NCBI GenBank assembly: GCA_964561055.1
Contig: CAZLOO010000001.1
Location: forward strand, 2,918 to 35,835
Reading direction: 5' to 3'
Length of the DNA: 32,918 bases
Source of the DNA: an uncultured Halobacteriales archaeon
GTDB taxonomy: Archaea > Halobacteriota > Halobacteria > Halobacteriales > Haloarculaceae
The notes below the pieces were generated by a model. The model saw nothing but the letters and a program-made list of their open reading frames with translations. It was not told the origin of the DNA and did not search any database. Position 1 is the stretch's first letter. Each line of letters begins with the position of its first letter. The position numbers and the translations under genes are program-made. Shown here piece by piece: positions 9,926-19,564 of the stretch.

Positions 9926-11242
9926 ATGCCAGATTCGACTGGTGACACGGGTAACAGTTCACTGAGTCGCCGACGGATGATACAGATCGGGTCAGCCGGT
10001 GTCGGCGCCCTCGTCGCCGGATGTACCGGTGGCGGCGACGGCGGCAGCGGGGGCGACGGCGGCGATGGCGGTAGCGACGCCCCGATGGAGGCGCTGCACG
10101 GGTGGACCGGCGGCGACGGCGCCGACGCCATCGCGCGGCTCGTCGAACTGTTCGAGGAGAAATATCCGGACGTCGAACACGATATCAAGCCGATCGGGGG
10201 CGACGCCAACGAGAACCTCAACGCCACGGTTGCCCGCCGGTTCGCCAACAACAACCCGCCAGACGCGTTCGCGACCTGGCCGGGCAAGACCCTCGAGCAG
10301 TACAGCGGCCGGCTCCGGAACATCACCAACGTGTGGGAGGAGAACGGCTACACGGACTCAATGCATCCCAAGTCACTGTCGGAAAACAAACTCAACGGGG
10401 AGTTCCGGGCGATTCCGCTGGGGTCCCACCGGCTAAACAACCTGTTTTACAACACCAAGGTCGTTGAGGAAGCTGGCGTCGATCCGTCCTCGATAACCTC
10501 CTACGACGCGATGATCGACGCTTTCGAGGCGGTCCAAAGCGAGACCGACGCCATCCCGATCACGATGACAACGCGGGGATCGTGGGCGCCGCTGCAGTAC
10601 TTCGTGGAAGTGATGCTCAGCAGCGAGGGGCAAGAGCCCTACGAGGCGTGGCTGGACGGCAACGGCGACCGCGAGGCGCTCGTGCGGGCGCTGACCAAGA
10701 CGAAAAACATCATCGAGAACTACACGAACGAAGACAAGTCCTCGATCAGCTTCCCCGAGGCCAACAGCAAGCTCATCAACGGGAACGCCGCGTTCTTCAC
10801 GATGGGCAACTGGGCCGCCGGCCAGTACCGCAACACCGACGGGTTCAGCTACACGGAAGACTGGGACTGGATCGCCTTCCCGGGAACCGAGGACATGTAC
10901 GTGTGGCACCTCGACTCCTTTGCCTTCCCTGCGGACAGCAACGCCCCCCAGAAGGCGCAGACGTTCGCGAAGTTCCTCGGCGAGAAGGACACTCAGGTCG
11001 AGTTCAACAACCTGAAGGGGTCGATTCCGCTCCGGACGGACATCGACAACAGCCGACTGTGGGAGTTCCTCCAGTTCAACGTCGAGGATCTCAACAGCTT
11101 GGAGAAGTTCCCACCGACGCTCGCACACGGTCTCGGCGCGACCGCCGAGAACCTCAGCGCGTGTAAGGACGCCATCGCCTCGAACTTCCAAGGCCCGTAC
11201 GACCCCGAGGCGACGGCCGACGATCTCATCGACGTGTTCTGA
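9926..11242 (+). CDS. ABC transporter extracellular solute-binding lipoprotein (family 1, sugars)
   Basis: It has a Tat-like signal SRRRMIQIGSAGVGALVAGC with a lipobox Cys, then a Gly/Asp-rich linker. Length and aromatic-rich sequence are typical of CUT1 binding proteins. It lies in an operon with two permeases. The tracked ORF starts at 9863; an AT-rich promoter zone lies at 9881-9900. Confidence 0.9.
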   Translation: MPDSTGDTGNSSLSRRRMIQIGSAGVGALVAGCTGGGDGGSGGDGGDGGSDAPMEALHGWTGGDGADAIARLVELFEEKYPDVEHDIKPIGGDANENLNATVARRFANNNPPDAFATWPGKTLEQYSGRLRNITNVWEENGYTDSMHPKSLSENKLNGEFRAIPLGSHRLNNLFYNTKVVEEAGVDPSSITSYDAMIDAFEAVQSETDAIPITMTTRGSWAPLQYFVEVMLSSEGQEPYEAWLDGNGDREALVRALTKTKNIIENYTNEDKSSISFPEANSKLINGNAAFFTMGNWAAGQYRNTDGFSYTEDWDWIAFPGTEDMYVWHLDSFAFPADSNAPQKAQTFAKFLGEKDTQVEFNNLKGSIPLRTDIDNSRLWEFLQFNVEDLNSLEKFPPTLAHGLGATAENLSACKDAIASNFQGPYDPEATADDLIDVF

Positions 11243-11278
11243 GGCCGGGCACGGATAGGAACCCACCAACCACTCATC

Positions 11279-12241
11279 ATGGCAGGCCAACAGGACACTG
11301 CACGCGGATCACAGACCGTCACCGGCGGAGAGACGCGCCCGGAATGGCGCGTCCGGCTCGGACGGTTCACCGAGAGCGACTTCGTCCGGTCATTCCCCTT
11401 CTGGTTCGTCCCGTTCATCATCATGGGCGTCGGGGTGTACGGCGGGATCGGCTACAACCTCGTCATCTCACTGACGGACTACTCCGGGTTCCAGCGGCCG
11501 AAGTTCTCGAACCTGGACCTCTCAATGTACGTCCAGGCACTGGGCGATCCGTGGGTCCACGTGACCGCGAAGAACACGCTGGTCCTGCTGGTCGTGTTCA
11601 CGACGGTAACGATGATCCTCGGGCTGTTACTTGCGATCCTCCTTGACCGGGACATCCGGTTCAACCAGCAGATACAGACAATCTACCTGCTCCCGATGGC
11701 GCTGTCGTTCGTCGTGACCGCCCAGTTCTGGCTGTGGATGTACAACGTCAATAACGGGCTGGTGAATATCATCTTGGGCGTGTTCGGGTTGGGCCCGTTC
11801 AACTGGATCGGCAACCCTGACCTGGTGTTGGGAGCGGTGATTTTCGCGCTGATCTGGCAGTTCAGCGGCTACGCGATGGTCGTGTTTCTCGCCGGGCTCC
11901 AGTCGATCCCCGATGACCAGTTCGAGGCCGCGAAGATCGACGGCGCGAGCGTGTTCAAGACCTACTGGCGGGTGATCATCCCCCAGCTGAAGTCCTCGTC
12001 GGTCAGTGCCGCGGTCGTGCTGATGATCTTCGCTCTGAAAGCGTTCACCTTCCTGTTCTCGCTATTCGGTCAGTACAGGGTGCCCAAGGCGACGGACATC
12101 CTCGCGACGCTGATGGTCCGCGAGGCGTTCAAGCTACAAAACTGGGCGTACGCGGCCGCTATCGCAACGATCCTGTTGATCATGGCGCTTGCGGTGGTCG
12201 CGCCGTACCTGCATTACCAGTACCGACAGGGGAGCCTCTGA
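11279..12241 (+). CDS. ABC sugar transporter permease (CUT1, MalF/UgpA-like)
   Basis: Multi-helix membrane protein with EAA loop EAAKIDGASVFKTYWRVIIP. Confidence 0.9.
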   Translation: MAGQQDTARGSQTVTGGETRPEWRVRLGRFTESDFVRSFPFWFVPFIIMGVGVYGGIGYNLVISLTDYSGFQRPKFSNLDLSMYVQALGDPWVHVTAKNTLVLLVVFTTVTMILGLLLAILLDRDIRFNQQIQTIYLLPMALSFVVTAQFWLWMYNVNNGLVNIILGVFGLGPFNWIGNPDLVLGAVIFALIWQFSGYAMVVFLAGLQSIPDDQFEAAKIDGASVFKTYWRVIIPQLKSSSVSAAVVLMIFALKAFTFLFSLFGQYRVPKATDILATLMVREAFKLQNWAYAAAIATILLIMALAVVAPYLHYQYRQGSL

Positions 12242-12242
12242 G

Positions 12243-13175
12243 ATGAGCCGAGCAACCAAGTCCGGCGAGGAGCGCATCGCGTCGATGCTGGCCGCGATGA
12301 GCTACCGGAAGATCGGGCTGTCGCTACTGGTGATGCTGTTTTTCGCCTTCTTTATCGCACCCATCTGGACGGGACTCGTCACCGCGTTCAAAACCACCGC
12401 GGCAACAGGCGCGACGGCGCCGTTCATGCCGCCGGGGCCCGAAGGATTCACTCTCGCGAAGTGGTCCCGCGCCATCGATAATCTCGCGACGGGCTTTCTG
12501 AACAGCCTCATTATGACGATCCCGTCGACGATCGTGACCGTCGCCCTCGGGAGCACGGCCGCCTACGGGCTGACGCTCGTCGATTGGAACGAGCGGGCCC
12601 AGATGGCGGTCCTGATCCTGTTTCTCATCGGGATATTCATTCCGTACCAAGCCGTGTTGGTACCGCTATCGGATTTCTGGATCAACATCGTCCCGCTGTC
12701 GGAGCTGCTGGCGCCGGTCTGGTCGCTCCCGTTCATGCAGCCAGACCACGCACGGTTGCTATCGCTGACGATTACTCACGTCGTCTACGGGATTCCGCTG
12801 TGTATGCTGCTGTTCAGGGGCTATTACCTGAACCTCTCGGACGAACTGGTCGAAGCCGCGAAGATCGACGGGGCCAGCATCACGCGGATCTACCAGCGGA
12901 TCGTTCTCCCGCTGTCAAAGCCGATGATCGGCGTCGTGTTTATTTACCAGTTCACCGCGATCTGGAACGAGTTCCTGTTTTCGTTGACGCTGATCGGCAG
13001 CTCGAGCAGCCCTGCCGCGACGGTAACGCTCGTGCTCGCGGGCATCGGGGTCGATCTCTCGGGGATCGATTTCGGGCTGCGGATGGCCGCGGCGCTGTTC
13101 GCCGCGTTGCCGACGCTAATCATCTACCTGCTGTTCGCCGAGCAGTTCGCCAAGGGACTGGCGGCCGACAACTGA
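12243..13175 (+). CDS. ABC sugar transporter permease (CUT1, MalG/UgpE-like)
   Basis: ATG 12243 lies 1 nt after the stop of the preceding permease. The EAA loop is EAAKIDGASITRIYQRIVLP. The tracked ORF starts at 12189. Confidence 0.9.
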   Translation: MSRATKSGEERIASMLAAMSYRKIGLSLLVMLFFAFFIAPIWTGLVTAFKTTAATGATAPFMPPGPEGFTLAKWSRAIDNLATGFLNSLIMTIPSTIVTVALGSTAAYGLTLVDWNERAQMAVLILFLIGIFIPYQAVLVPLSDFWINIVPLSELLAPVWSLPFMQPDHARLLSLTITHVVYGIPLCMLLFRGYYLNLSDELVEAAKIDGASITRIYQRIVLPLSKPMIGVVFIYQFTAIWNEFLFSLTLIGSSSSPAATVTLVLAGIGVDLSGIDFGLRMAAALFAALPTLIIYLLFAEQFAKGLAADN

Positions 13176-13276
13176 AGCGCCCGTGGGCTTGGCGGCAGCC
13201 AGTCTCGAAGCCGCGGCGGTTCATCGGGGCAGCTGACTTCGATCGCACCGGAAAGGATTAACCACGGGCCACCGAC

Positions 13277-13753
13277 TTGCCTACCGATGACCACCGTCCG
13301 TACAGACGGTCCGGACGCCGCGGACAGTGGGTGGCCGTGAACTTGGGGTTCGGCTCACGGTGGTCGTGGGCGTTGGGACTGGGACTGCTCGGGGGCGTCA
13401 TCGCGGGATCGGCGGTTCCGGCCGCCAGCGCAGCCGAAGAAGTCCGGCACATTATCGGTCTCACGCTTCTGTTCGCGCCGAGCGTGTACGCCCTGATACG
13501 CCGCCGACAGGCGACCTGGGAGCGCAAACACCCGTACGTTCGGTTCGTCGTATTCATGTTGTCGATGCTCGTCAGCACGGTCTTGCTCGTCGAAGCGGTC
13601 GTGCTCGTCACGGGAGAGGAGGGGACGGTAGCCACTATCGCCGCGTTCGTCGCAGCGCTGGTGGGGTTCGGTGTCACCGCCTGGATCGTCTTCCTGGGTG
13701 GTGCCGAGCTGATCTGGGATGTGGTCATCGACTGGGCCGATATCAGGTGGTGA
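13277..13753 (+). CDS. Hypothetical integral membrane protein
   Basis: It has GC3-rich codon usage and 4 predicted hydrophobic helices. It sits between the transporter and aldolase genes. The start is uncertain: TTG 13277, or in-frame GTGs near 13331/13337. Confidence 0.5.
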   Translation: MPTDDHRPYRRSGRRGQWVAVNLGFGSRWSWALGLGLLGGVIAGSAVPAASAAEEVRHIIGLTLLFAPSVYALIRRRQATWERKHPYVRFVVFMLSMLVSTVLLVEAVVLVTGEEGTVATIAAFVAALVGFGVTAWIVFLGGAELIWDVVIDWADIRW

Positions 13754-13845
13754 CCGAGTCCACGGTATTGCCATAGAGATACCCCAGCCGGTTCTCGTGG
13801 GGACAGCCCCCTCCTGAAACCGTCGACCAGCCGTGCAGGCGGCAG

Positions 13846-13853
13846 CTATTAGA
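13846..13853 (+). promoter_or_regulatory. TATA-like box for the aldolase-kinase operon
   Basis: CTATTAGA is centred about 28 nt upstream of ATG 13878. Confidence 0.4.
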
Positions 13854-13877
13854 TGGCTCGCACGCGAGACCGGGAGT

Positions 13878-14888
13878 ATGCCGTACTACGATGGGGGACG
13901 TCTATCCGAACTGTACGCCGCCGCCCGTGACGGCGGGTACGGGTTCTTCGCGAGCAACGTGACACAGTTGGATATCCTCATCGGGCTGCTGTGGGGGGCC
14001 GACCGCGCCCAATCGGATCTGATCGTCCAGACCGGTCGCGGAACGTTAGCGTTCTACGGCGGCGGCGACGTCGCGGCCGGCATCGGGGCGTTCGGAGGAT
14101 ATCTCGAGCAGCTGGCTGAGACTGTCGATGTCGGCGTGTTCTGGAACGTGGATCACGTCCATCTACCCGACCAGTCGGACCTGCTCAATGCGGTGGTGGA
14201 GGCCGGGGGCGCCTCGTCGGTGATGGTCGATGCCTCCAATCAGCCGTTCGAGGAGAACGTCGCGCTGACCCGGGAGGCTGTCGAACGGGTCCACGCAGGG
14301 ACGAACATGCTCGTCGAGGCCGAACTCGGACGGGTTGCGGGCATGGAGGGGGGCACCGAGACTGCTCCCGAGGAGGCGTTTTACACTGACCCCGAGCGGG
14401 CGGTCGAGTTCGTCGAGCGAACCGGGTGCGACCTGCTGGCGGTGTCAGTCGGGACCCAGCACGGTGTCGCCTCCGGCCGGCGACTCGAGGTAAGACCGTC
14501 GGTCGCAGCGGCCGTCGACGACGCGCTCCGGGCGGCCGGCCATGACGTACCGCTGGTGGTCCACGGCTCCTCCGGGGTCACCGACGAGCAGGTGGCGGCG
14601 TTCCTCGCCGCCGGCGTCCGAAAGTTCAACAAGAACACTCGCTACCAATACGAGTACGCCCGGACGGCGGCTGATTTCTATCACGAGCACGCCGACGCCA
14701 TCCAACCGCCGGCGGGCGTTGCCGACGACCGCGCCGGCATGTTCGAGGACGCCGACTGGGCACCAGTGAAGGAACACTTCCACCCGCACGTGGTCGGCGA
14801 AGCGGTCCGCGAGCGGCTCGCCGATGTGATGGTCGAGCTCTCCGAGCTCACCGGCAGCGCCGGGCGAAGTCGGTACGCTACGGAATGA
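13878..14888 (+). CDS. Class II (metal-dependent) fructose/tagatose-bisphosphate aldolase family protein
   Basis: The PF01116-type motifs appear in order: NVDHVH, EAELGRVAG, LAVSVGTQHG, LVVHGSSG, KFNKNT. The tracked ORF starts at 13833, but MPYYDGGRLSELY at ATG 13878 fits the family N-terminus and the TATA spacing. Confidence 0.85.
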   Translation: MPYYDGGRLSELYAAARDGGYGFFASNVTQLDILIGLLWGADRAQSDLIVQTGRGTLAFYGGGDVAAGIGAFGGYLEQLAETVDVGVFWNVDHVHLPDQSDLLNAVVEAGGASSVMVDASNQPFEENVALTREAVERVHAGTNMLVEAELGRVAGMEGGTETAPEEAFYTDPERAVEFVERTGCDLLAVSVGTQHGVASGRRLEVRPSVAAAVDDALRAAGHDVPLVVHGSSGVTDEQVAAFLAAGVRKFNKNTRYQYEYARTAADFYHEHADAIQPPAGVADDRAGMFEDADWAPVKEHFHPHVVGEAVRERLADVMVELSELTGSAGRSRYATE

Positions 14889-16405
14889 CGGCGGAATCGG
14901 TTCTCATCGGCGTCGACGCCGGGCTGACGAACGTGAAGGTCGTCGCCCTCGATACGGCCGGTACAGCTCTCACGAGCGTGTCGGCGCCGACCCCGGAGCT
15001 GACGGCGGCATCGAATTGCGACGAGCAGGACCACGACGCGCTCTGGTCGACGGCGAGCGACCTAATCGCCGCGGTGCTGGCCGACGAGGCCGTCGACCCC
15101 GCGGCGGTTGAAGGGGTTGGGGTAGCCGGCCACGGACACGGACTGTACGCACTCGACGCGGCGGGCGAGGCGGTCTGCGGCATCAAGTCCACCGACGACC
15201 GCGCGACCGGCATCCTCAAAGAGTGGCAGCGTGAGGGCCGGCTGGAGCGGGTCAGCGACCGCCTGGGGTGGGAGCCGTTCGGCGCTGACCCCTACAGCCT
15301 GCTGGCCTGGTTCGACCGTGAGCGTCCTGAGACCGCCGGCCGCATCGACAGGATGCTGTTCTGCAAGGACGTCCTGAACCACCGGCTCACGGGCGCGAAA
15401 ACGACCGATCCGATGGACGGTAGCGCGCTCGTTCCCCCCGACGGCGACGTCACGGGGGTGCTGGAGACGCTCGATCTCGCCGAGTACGCAGAGGCAGTTC
15501 CCGACCGCGTCGACAGTACGGCCCGGTGTGGAACGGTCACGCCGGCGGCGGCCGAGGCGACGGGCCTGCCCCCGGGGACGCCTGTCGCGGCAGGCCTGCA
15601 CGACGTCGGCGCCTGCGCGCTGGGCGCCGGCGTTGTCGCGCCGGGACAGGCGACGGTTATCCTCGGGACCTGGGGCCAGAGCGTCGTGGTCGTGGACGGC
15701 CCGGAGACCGGGACCGGAGGGCTGCCCCGACGATATCTCGACGGCTGGCTGCGCTACCGCGGGACCCGCGCCGGAGCTGCCTGTTTGGACTGGTTCGTCG
15801 ACGAGTTCGGCGACCAGTGGCGCGCGACCGCTCGGGACCGGGATGTCAGCCCATACACGGTGTACGAAGAGCGGGCCGAGGCCGTCCCGGCCGGGGCGAA
15901 CGGCCTGGTCTTCCATCCGTATCTCAGGGGCTCGACCGACAACCCGAACGCTCGCAGCGGGTTCTACGGGCTGGGCCTCGAACACACCAAGGCCGACCTC
16001 CTCCGAGCCGTGTACGAGGGGGTGGCGACGGCACTGACACTCGGGGTTCGAGCCTTCGATGTCGAGGTGACGGACCTCCGGGTGACCGGCGGCGGTGCCG
16101 AGAGCCGCCTCTGGACGCAGCTGTTCGCCGACCTCCTCGCCGATACGACCCGAGTACCCGCCGGCACGGAGATGGGAGCCCGCGGAGCTGCTCTCTGTGC
16201 GGGCGTGGCGGCCGGCTGCTACGCGGACGCCGCGGCGGCGGTCGAGGAGACGGTGACGGTCGCCCGGAGCCACGACCCCGACCCCGCGCGGATCGAGCGC
16301 TACCGGACCGTCGCCAGAGCCTTTCAACAGGCCCGGGAGGGGATGGGACCGGCGTGGGAAACGCTGATTACCGGCTCCGGTGAACCGTCTGACGAATGTC
16401 GGTGA
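14885..16405 (+). CDS. FGGY-family carbohydrate kinase
   Basis: 506 aa with N-terminal VLIGVDAGLTNVKVVALD, plus FHPYLRGS and RVTGGGAESRLWTQLFADLL, as in xylulo/glycerol/ribulokinase relatives. The start overlaps the aldolase stop (ATGA at 14885-14888). Confidence 0.9.
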   Translation: MTAESVLIGVDAGLTNVKVVALDTAGTALTSVSAPTPELTAASNCDEQDHDALWSTASDLIAAVLADEAVDPAAVEGVGVAGHGHGLYALDAAGEAVCGIKSTDDRATGILKEWQREGRLERVSDRLGWEPFGADPYSLLAWFDRERPETAGRIDRMLFCKDVLNHRLTGAKTTDPMDGSALVPPDGDVTGVLETLDLAEYAEAVPDRVDSTARCGTVTPAAAEATGLPPGTPVAAGLHDVGACALGAGVVAPGQATVILGTWGQSVVVVDGPETGTGGLPRRYLDGWLRYRGTRAGAACLDWFVDEFGDQWRATARDRDVSPYTVYEERAEAVPAGANGLVFHPYLRGSTDNPNARSGFYGLGLEHTKADLLRAVYEGVATALTLGVRAFDVEVTDLRVTGGGAESRLWTQLFADLLADTTRVPAGTEMGARGAALCAGVAAGCYADAAAAVEETVTVARSHDPDPARIERYRTVARAFQQAREGMGPAWETLITGSGEPSDECR

Positions 16406-17433
16406 CCGTCCTCCTGTGTGGCGACCCTCAGCAACCGAGCGAGTACATGTACGAGGCCCTCGGTGACCTCGAGGCAGCCGGGGTCGAGTTCGAGCGGATG
16501 GACTGGATGGCCGACGCGTCGCCGACGGCGTTCCGCGACGAGACTATGAGCATGGAGGCCGATGGGCCGGGCGCCTATGACACCGACCCCATCGCTGAGC
16601 GGCTCGACGGCGTCGACGTTCTGGTGGTGCACAAGGCGCCGGTGTCGGCGGCCCTGCTGGATGCCGCCGACGGACTGCGACTCGTCGCCGCCGCACGGGG
16701 CGGCACCGAGAACGTCGACGTCACGGCCTGTCGGGACCGGGGTATCGAGGTGATCCACGCGCCGGGGCGCAACCGCGACGCGGTCGCGGACTACGCGGTG
16801 GCGATGCTGCTCGCCCGGCTTCGGGGCATCCCCACCCACCACGGCGCGCTCTCGGCGGGAGAGTGGAACCAGGTGTTCGACCCCGACCGGCTGCCGCCGG
16901 ACGTCCGGACCACGGAGATCGGCATCGTCGGGTTCGGCAACATCGGCCAGGGAGTCGCTCGCCGGCTCCAGGGGTTCGATGCCACGACGCTGGCCCACGA
17001 CCCGTACGTCGAGGACGCGGCGATACGGGAGGCTGGGGCCGTCCCTCTCGGGATGGACGCCCTGCTCGAACGGGCCGACGCCGTGACGCTCCACGTTCGG
17101 CTGACCCCGGAGACCGAGGAGCTGCTCGACGCGGGCGCGTTCGAGCGGATGCAACCCTCGGCGTTCCTGGTTAACACCGCCCGGGGCGGGCTGGTCGATG
17201 AGGCCGCCCTGGTGGAGGCCATCCAGAGCGGCGAGATCGCCGGGGCCGCGCTCGACGTCTTCCGCGAGGAGCCCCTGCCGGCCGACCACCCGCTGCTGTC
17301 GTGTGATGGCGTCGTCCTCTCGCCGCACGTCGCCGGATCGACACGCGATGCCGTTCTCGGCGGGCCGCGGATCCTCACCGAGGATATCGCGCGGTGGCTC
17401 GACGACGAGCCGCTGATCAACGTCGTGAACTGA
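16396..17433 (+). CDS. D-isomer-specific 2-hydroxyacid dehydrogenase (phosphoglycerate/glyoxylate reductase-like)
   Basis: Motifs GIVGFGNIGQGVARRL, FLVNTARGGLVDEAAL, AALDVFREEP and SPHVAGST are present. The start overlaps the kinase 3' end by 10 nt. Confidence 0.9.
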   Translation: MSVTVLLCGDPQQPSEYMYEALGDLEAAGVEFERMDWMADASPTAFRDETMSMEADGPGAYDTDPIAERLDGVDVLVVHKAPVSAALLDAADGLRLVAAARGGTENVDVTACRDRGIEVIHAPGRNRDAVADYAVAMLLARLRGIPTHHGALSAGEWNQVFDPDRLPPDVRTTEIGIVGFGNIGQGVARRLQGFDATTLAHDPYVEDAAIREAGAVPLGMDALLERADAVTLHVRLTPETEELLDAGAFERMQPSAFLVNTARGGLVDEAALVEAIQSGEIAGAALDVFREEPLPADHPLLSCDGVVLSPHVAGSTRDAVLGGPRILTEDIARWLDDEPLINVVN

Positions 17434-17504
17434 CGGCCGGCAAGGCCGGGGACCGCCGGGAACCGCGACGGGTCGATGGACAACGGCCCTGCTGGTACCC
17501 GAGC

Positions 17505-17513
17505 GTTTAGGTA
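17505..17513 (+). promoter_or_regulatory. TATA-like box for the third Gfo/Idh/MocA gene
   Basis: GTTTAGGTA is centred about 27 nt upstream of ATG 17536. Confidence 0.35.
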
Positions 17514-17535
17514 CGTCTCCGACACTGGAGAGGGT

Positions 17536-18522
17536 ATGCGCTTTGGCGTCATCAGCACCGCCGACATCGGTATCAGCGCGGTTATCCCGGCAATCGTCGA
17601 CAGCGACCACGAGGTCGCCGCCATCGCCTCGCGGGATCGAGCCGCTGCCGAGAGGGTGGCCGACCGGTTCGACATCGAGAGCGCCTACGAGGGTTACGGG
17701 GCGATGTTCGAAGCCGACGACCTCGACGCGGTGTACAACCCGCTCCCGAACGGGCTGCACGCCGAGTGGACGCGCCGGGCGGCCGATGCCGGGTTGGACG
17801 TGCTCTGCGAGAAGCCGCTGACCCCGAGCGCGGGCGAGACGGCGGCCCTGTTCGATTACTGCGAAAGCCGCGACGTCACGCTGATGGAGGCGTTTATGTA
17901 CCGGTTCCACCCGCTGACCGAGCGGGCGGCCGAGGTGGTCGCCACGGAACTGGGCGAGGTGCGGGCGGTGACCTCGACGTTCACCTTCCGAATGGCCGAC
18001 GGAGCGACGGACATCAGGCTCGACCCCGACCTGGCGGGCGGGTCCGTCCTCGACGTCGGCACGTACGCAGTCAGCGCCGCGCGGCTGTTCCTCGGGGAAC
18101 CCGACCGGGTGTACGCGACGACGACCGACCGCCGCGACAGCGGCGTTGACACCCAGATGGCTGGCGTTCTCGAGTACGATTCCGGGGCGACCGCCCGCGT
18201 ACAGTCCGGGTTCGACACCCCGCTGACCCAGTACTACCGCGTGGAGACCGACGACGGCTGGCTTCGAGCCGAACCTACCTTCGACGTCGACGTCACGGGA
18301 ACCACGTCGCTGACCTACAGCGTCGACAGCCGGACGGTCACCGAGGAGTTCGCCCCGGCCGACCACTACCGGCTGGAGGTCGAGCACTTCGCGGACTGCG
18401 TGGCCAGCGGCGAGACGCCCCGGATCGACCGCCAGGAGAGCGTCGCCCACGCGCGGGTACTCGACGCACTATTCGAGAGCGCCGAGGCGGGCCACCCCGT
18501 CAGCCCCACCGCCGAGGACTGA
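17536..18522 (+). CDS. Gfo/Idh/MocA family oxidoreductase (dimeric dihydrodiol/sugar dehydrogenase-like)
   Basis: MRFGVISTADIGISAVIPAI, AVYNPLPNGLH, LCEKPL and EAFMYRFHP fit the family. The tracked ORF starts at 17476. Confidence 0.9.
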   Translation: MRFGVISTADIGISAVIPAIVDSDHEVAAIASRDRAAAERVADRFDIESAYEGYGAMFEADDLDAVYNPLPNGLHAEWTRRAADAGLDVLCEKPLTPSAGETAALFDYCESRDVTLMEAFMYRFHPLTERAAEVVATELGEVRAVTSTFTFRMADGATDIRLDPDLAGGSVLDVGTYAVSAARLFLGEPDRVYATTTDRRDSGVDTQMAGVLEYDSGATARVQSGFDTPLTQYYRVETDDGWLRAEPTFDVDVTGTTSLTYSVDSRTVTEEFAPADHYRLEVEHFADCVASGETPRIDRQESVAHARVLDALFESAEAGHPVSPTAED

Positions 18523-18549
18523 CTGCGGGCCCTGCCCCGGCAGCCAGGG

Positions 18550-19311
18550 TCAGAAGTGGCTCAGCTTGTCACGCCGGTAGATGTCCAGTGACGTCACCGA
18601 GTTGGGCGGCTCCTGGCGGACGGTGTAGGCGACTGCGTCGGCGATCTCGATCGGCTCGGTCACCTCGCCCGGATCGAACGTCTCCTTCGAGGGGGTGCCG
18701 GTCTCGGAGCCGAACTCCGTGCGCACCTCGGTCGGGTTGATACAGGAGACAGCGACACCCTCCTCGCCGAAGCGTGCCTGCAGGCTGATGGCGAGCCCCC
18801 TGGTCCACCACTTCGTCGCGGCGTACACCGGGGTCGCCGGTCGCGGGTGGTTGCCGGACATGCTGCCCATGAACACGAGGTGGCCGCTCCCATCGATGAG
18901 GTGTGGCATCGCCGCCCGGGCGGTGTAGAACATCCCGTCGACATTCACTCCGCGCATCAACTCGTAGTCCTCGTCGGTCATCTCGGTGAGCGGCTCCTCG
19001 GCCACGAGCCCGGCGTTACAGACGGCGACGTCCAGCCGGCCGAACCGATCGACGGTGGCCTCGACGAGCGCGTCGACGGCACCGGAGTCGGTCACGTCCG
19101 TAGGGACGACCTCGGCGGCGCGGCCGGTCTCGGTGCGTATCTCCTCTGCCAGCGACTCTAGGCGGTCGGTGCGGCGGGCCGCGAGCGCGACGTCGGCGCC
19201 GTCCTCGGCGAGCACCCTGGCGGTCGCGGCACCGATACCGGAGCTGGCCCCGGTGACGACCGCCGCCCGTCCCTCGAGCGGATTCGTGCGTTGACTCGGT
19301 CTCTCGGTCAC
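18550..19311 (-). CDS. Classical short-chain dehydrogenase/reductase (SDR)
   Basis: TGASSGIGAATA, CNAGL and the Ser...YAATK catalytic pattern are present. The start is a GTG at 19311 or 19317; the TATA spacing favours 19311. The tracked ORF begins at 19440. Confidence 0.9.
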   Translation of the reverse strand: MTERPSQRTNPLEGRAAVVTGASSGIGAATARVLAEDGADVALAARRTDRLESLAEEIRTETGRAAEVVPTDVTDSGAVDALVEATVDRFGRLDVAVCNAGLVAEEPLTEMTDEDYELMRGVNVDGMFYTARAAMPHLIDGSGHLVFMGSMSGNHPRPATPVYAATKWWTRGLAISLQARFGEEGVAVSCINPTEVRTEFGSETGTPSKETFDPGEVTEPIEIADAVAYTVRQEPPNSVTSLDIYRRDKLSHF

Positions 19312-19334
19312 ATTCACCGTGGCGGTTTCGAGTG

Positions 19335-19340
19335 CTATAC
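19335..19340 (-). promoter_or_regulatory. TATA-like box for the SDR gene
   Basis: The minus strand reads GTATAG, centred about 27 nt upstream of GTG 19311. Confidence 0.35.
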
Positions 19341-19532
19341 GTGTTTCCTGACAGGGACGGACACGGACACCCCCCGGCGGCGACGGCTCCCCCGTGGTGG
19401 CCGGCGTCGTCCCTCCGGCGACCCACAGTCCCCGGTTCACCGGGGGCGGTGGAACAACCGCCCTGGAATTTCAAAGCTACGAGAGAGAAGCGCGCGTCAG
19501 CGCCGGGCGACACGCCGTTCGACTACACAACG

Positions 19533-19540
19533 CATTTGAT
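19533..19540 (+). promoter_or_regulatory. TATA-like box for the extended-SDR gene
   Basis: ATTTGATA is centred about 28 nt upstream of ATG 19565. Confidence 0.35.
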
Positions 19541-19564
19541 ACGTGATTTCGTACCCGTAGCCGT

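Noticed and set aside
15062-16327. 421-aa ORF on the - strand; the same reasoning applies to 2807..3931 (-, 374 aa) and 10433..11290 (-, 285 aa)
   Set aside because: All are antisense or out of frame relative to genes with strong family motifs (FGGY kinase, dehydratase, binding protein). Their sequences are low-complexity and Arg/Gly-rich.
16324-18450. 708-aa ORF on the - strand
   Set aside because: It is antisense to the well-supported 2-hydroxyacid dehydrogenase and Gfo/Idh/MocA genes. Its composition is R/G/V/D/P-biased and no domains are recognisable.
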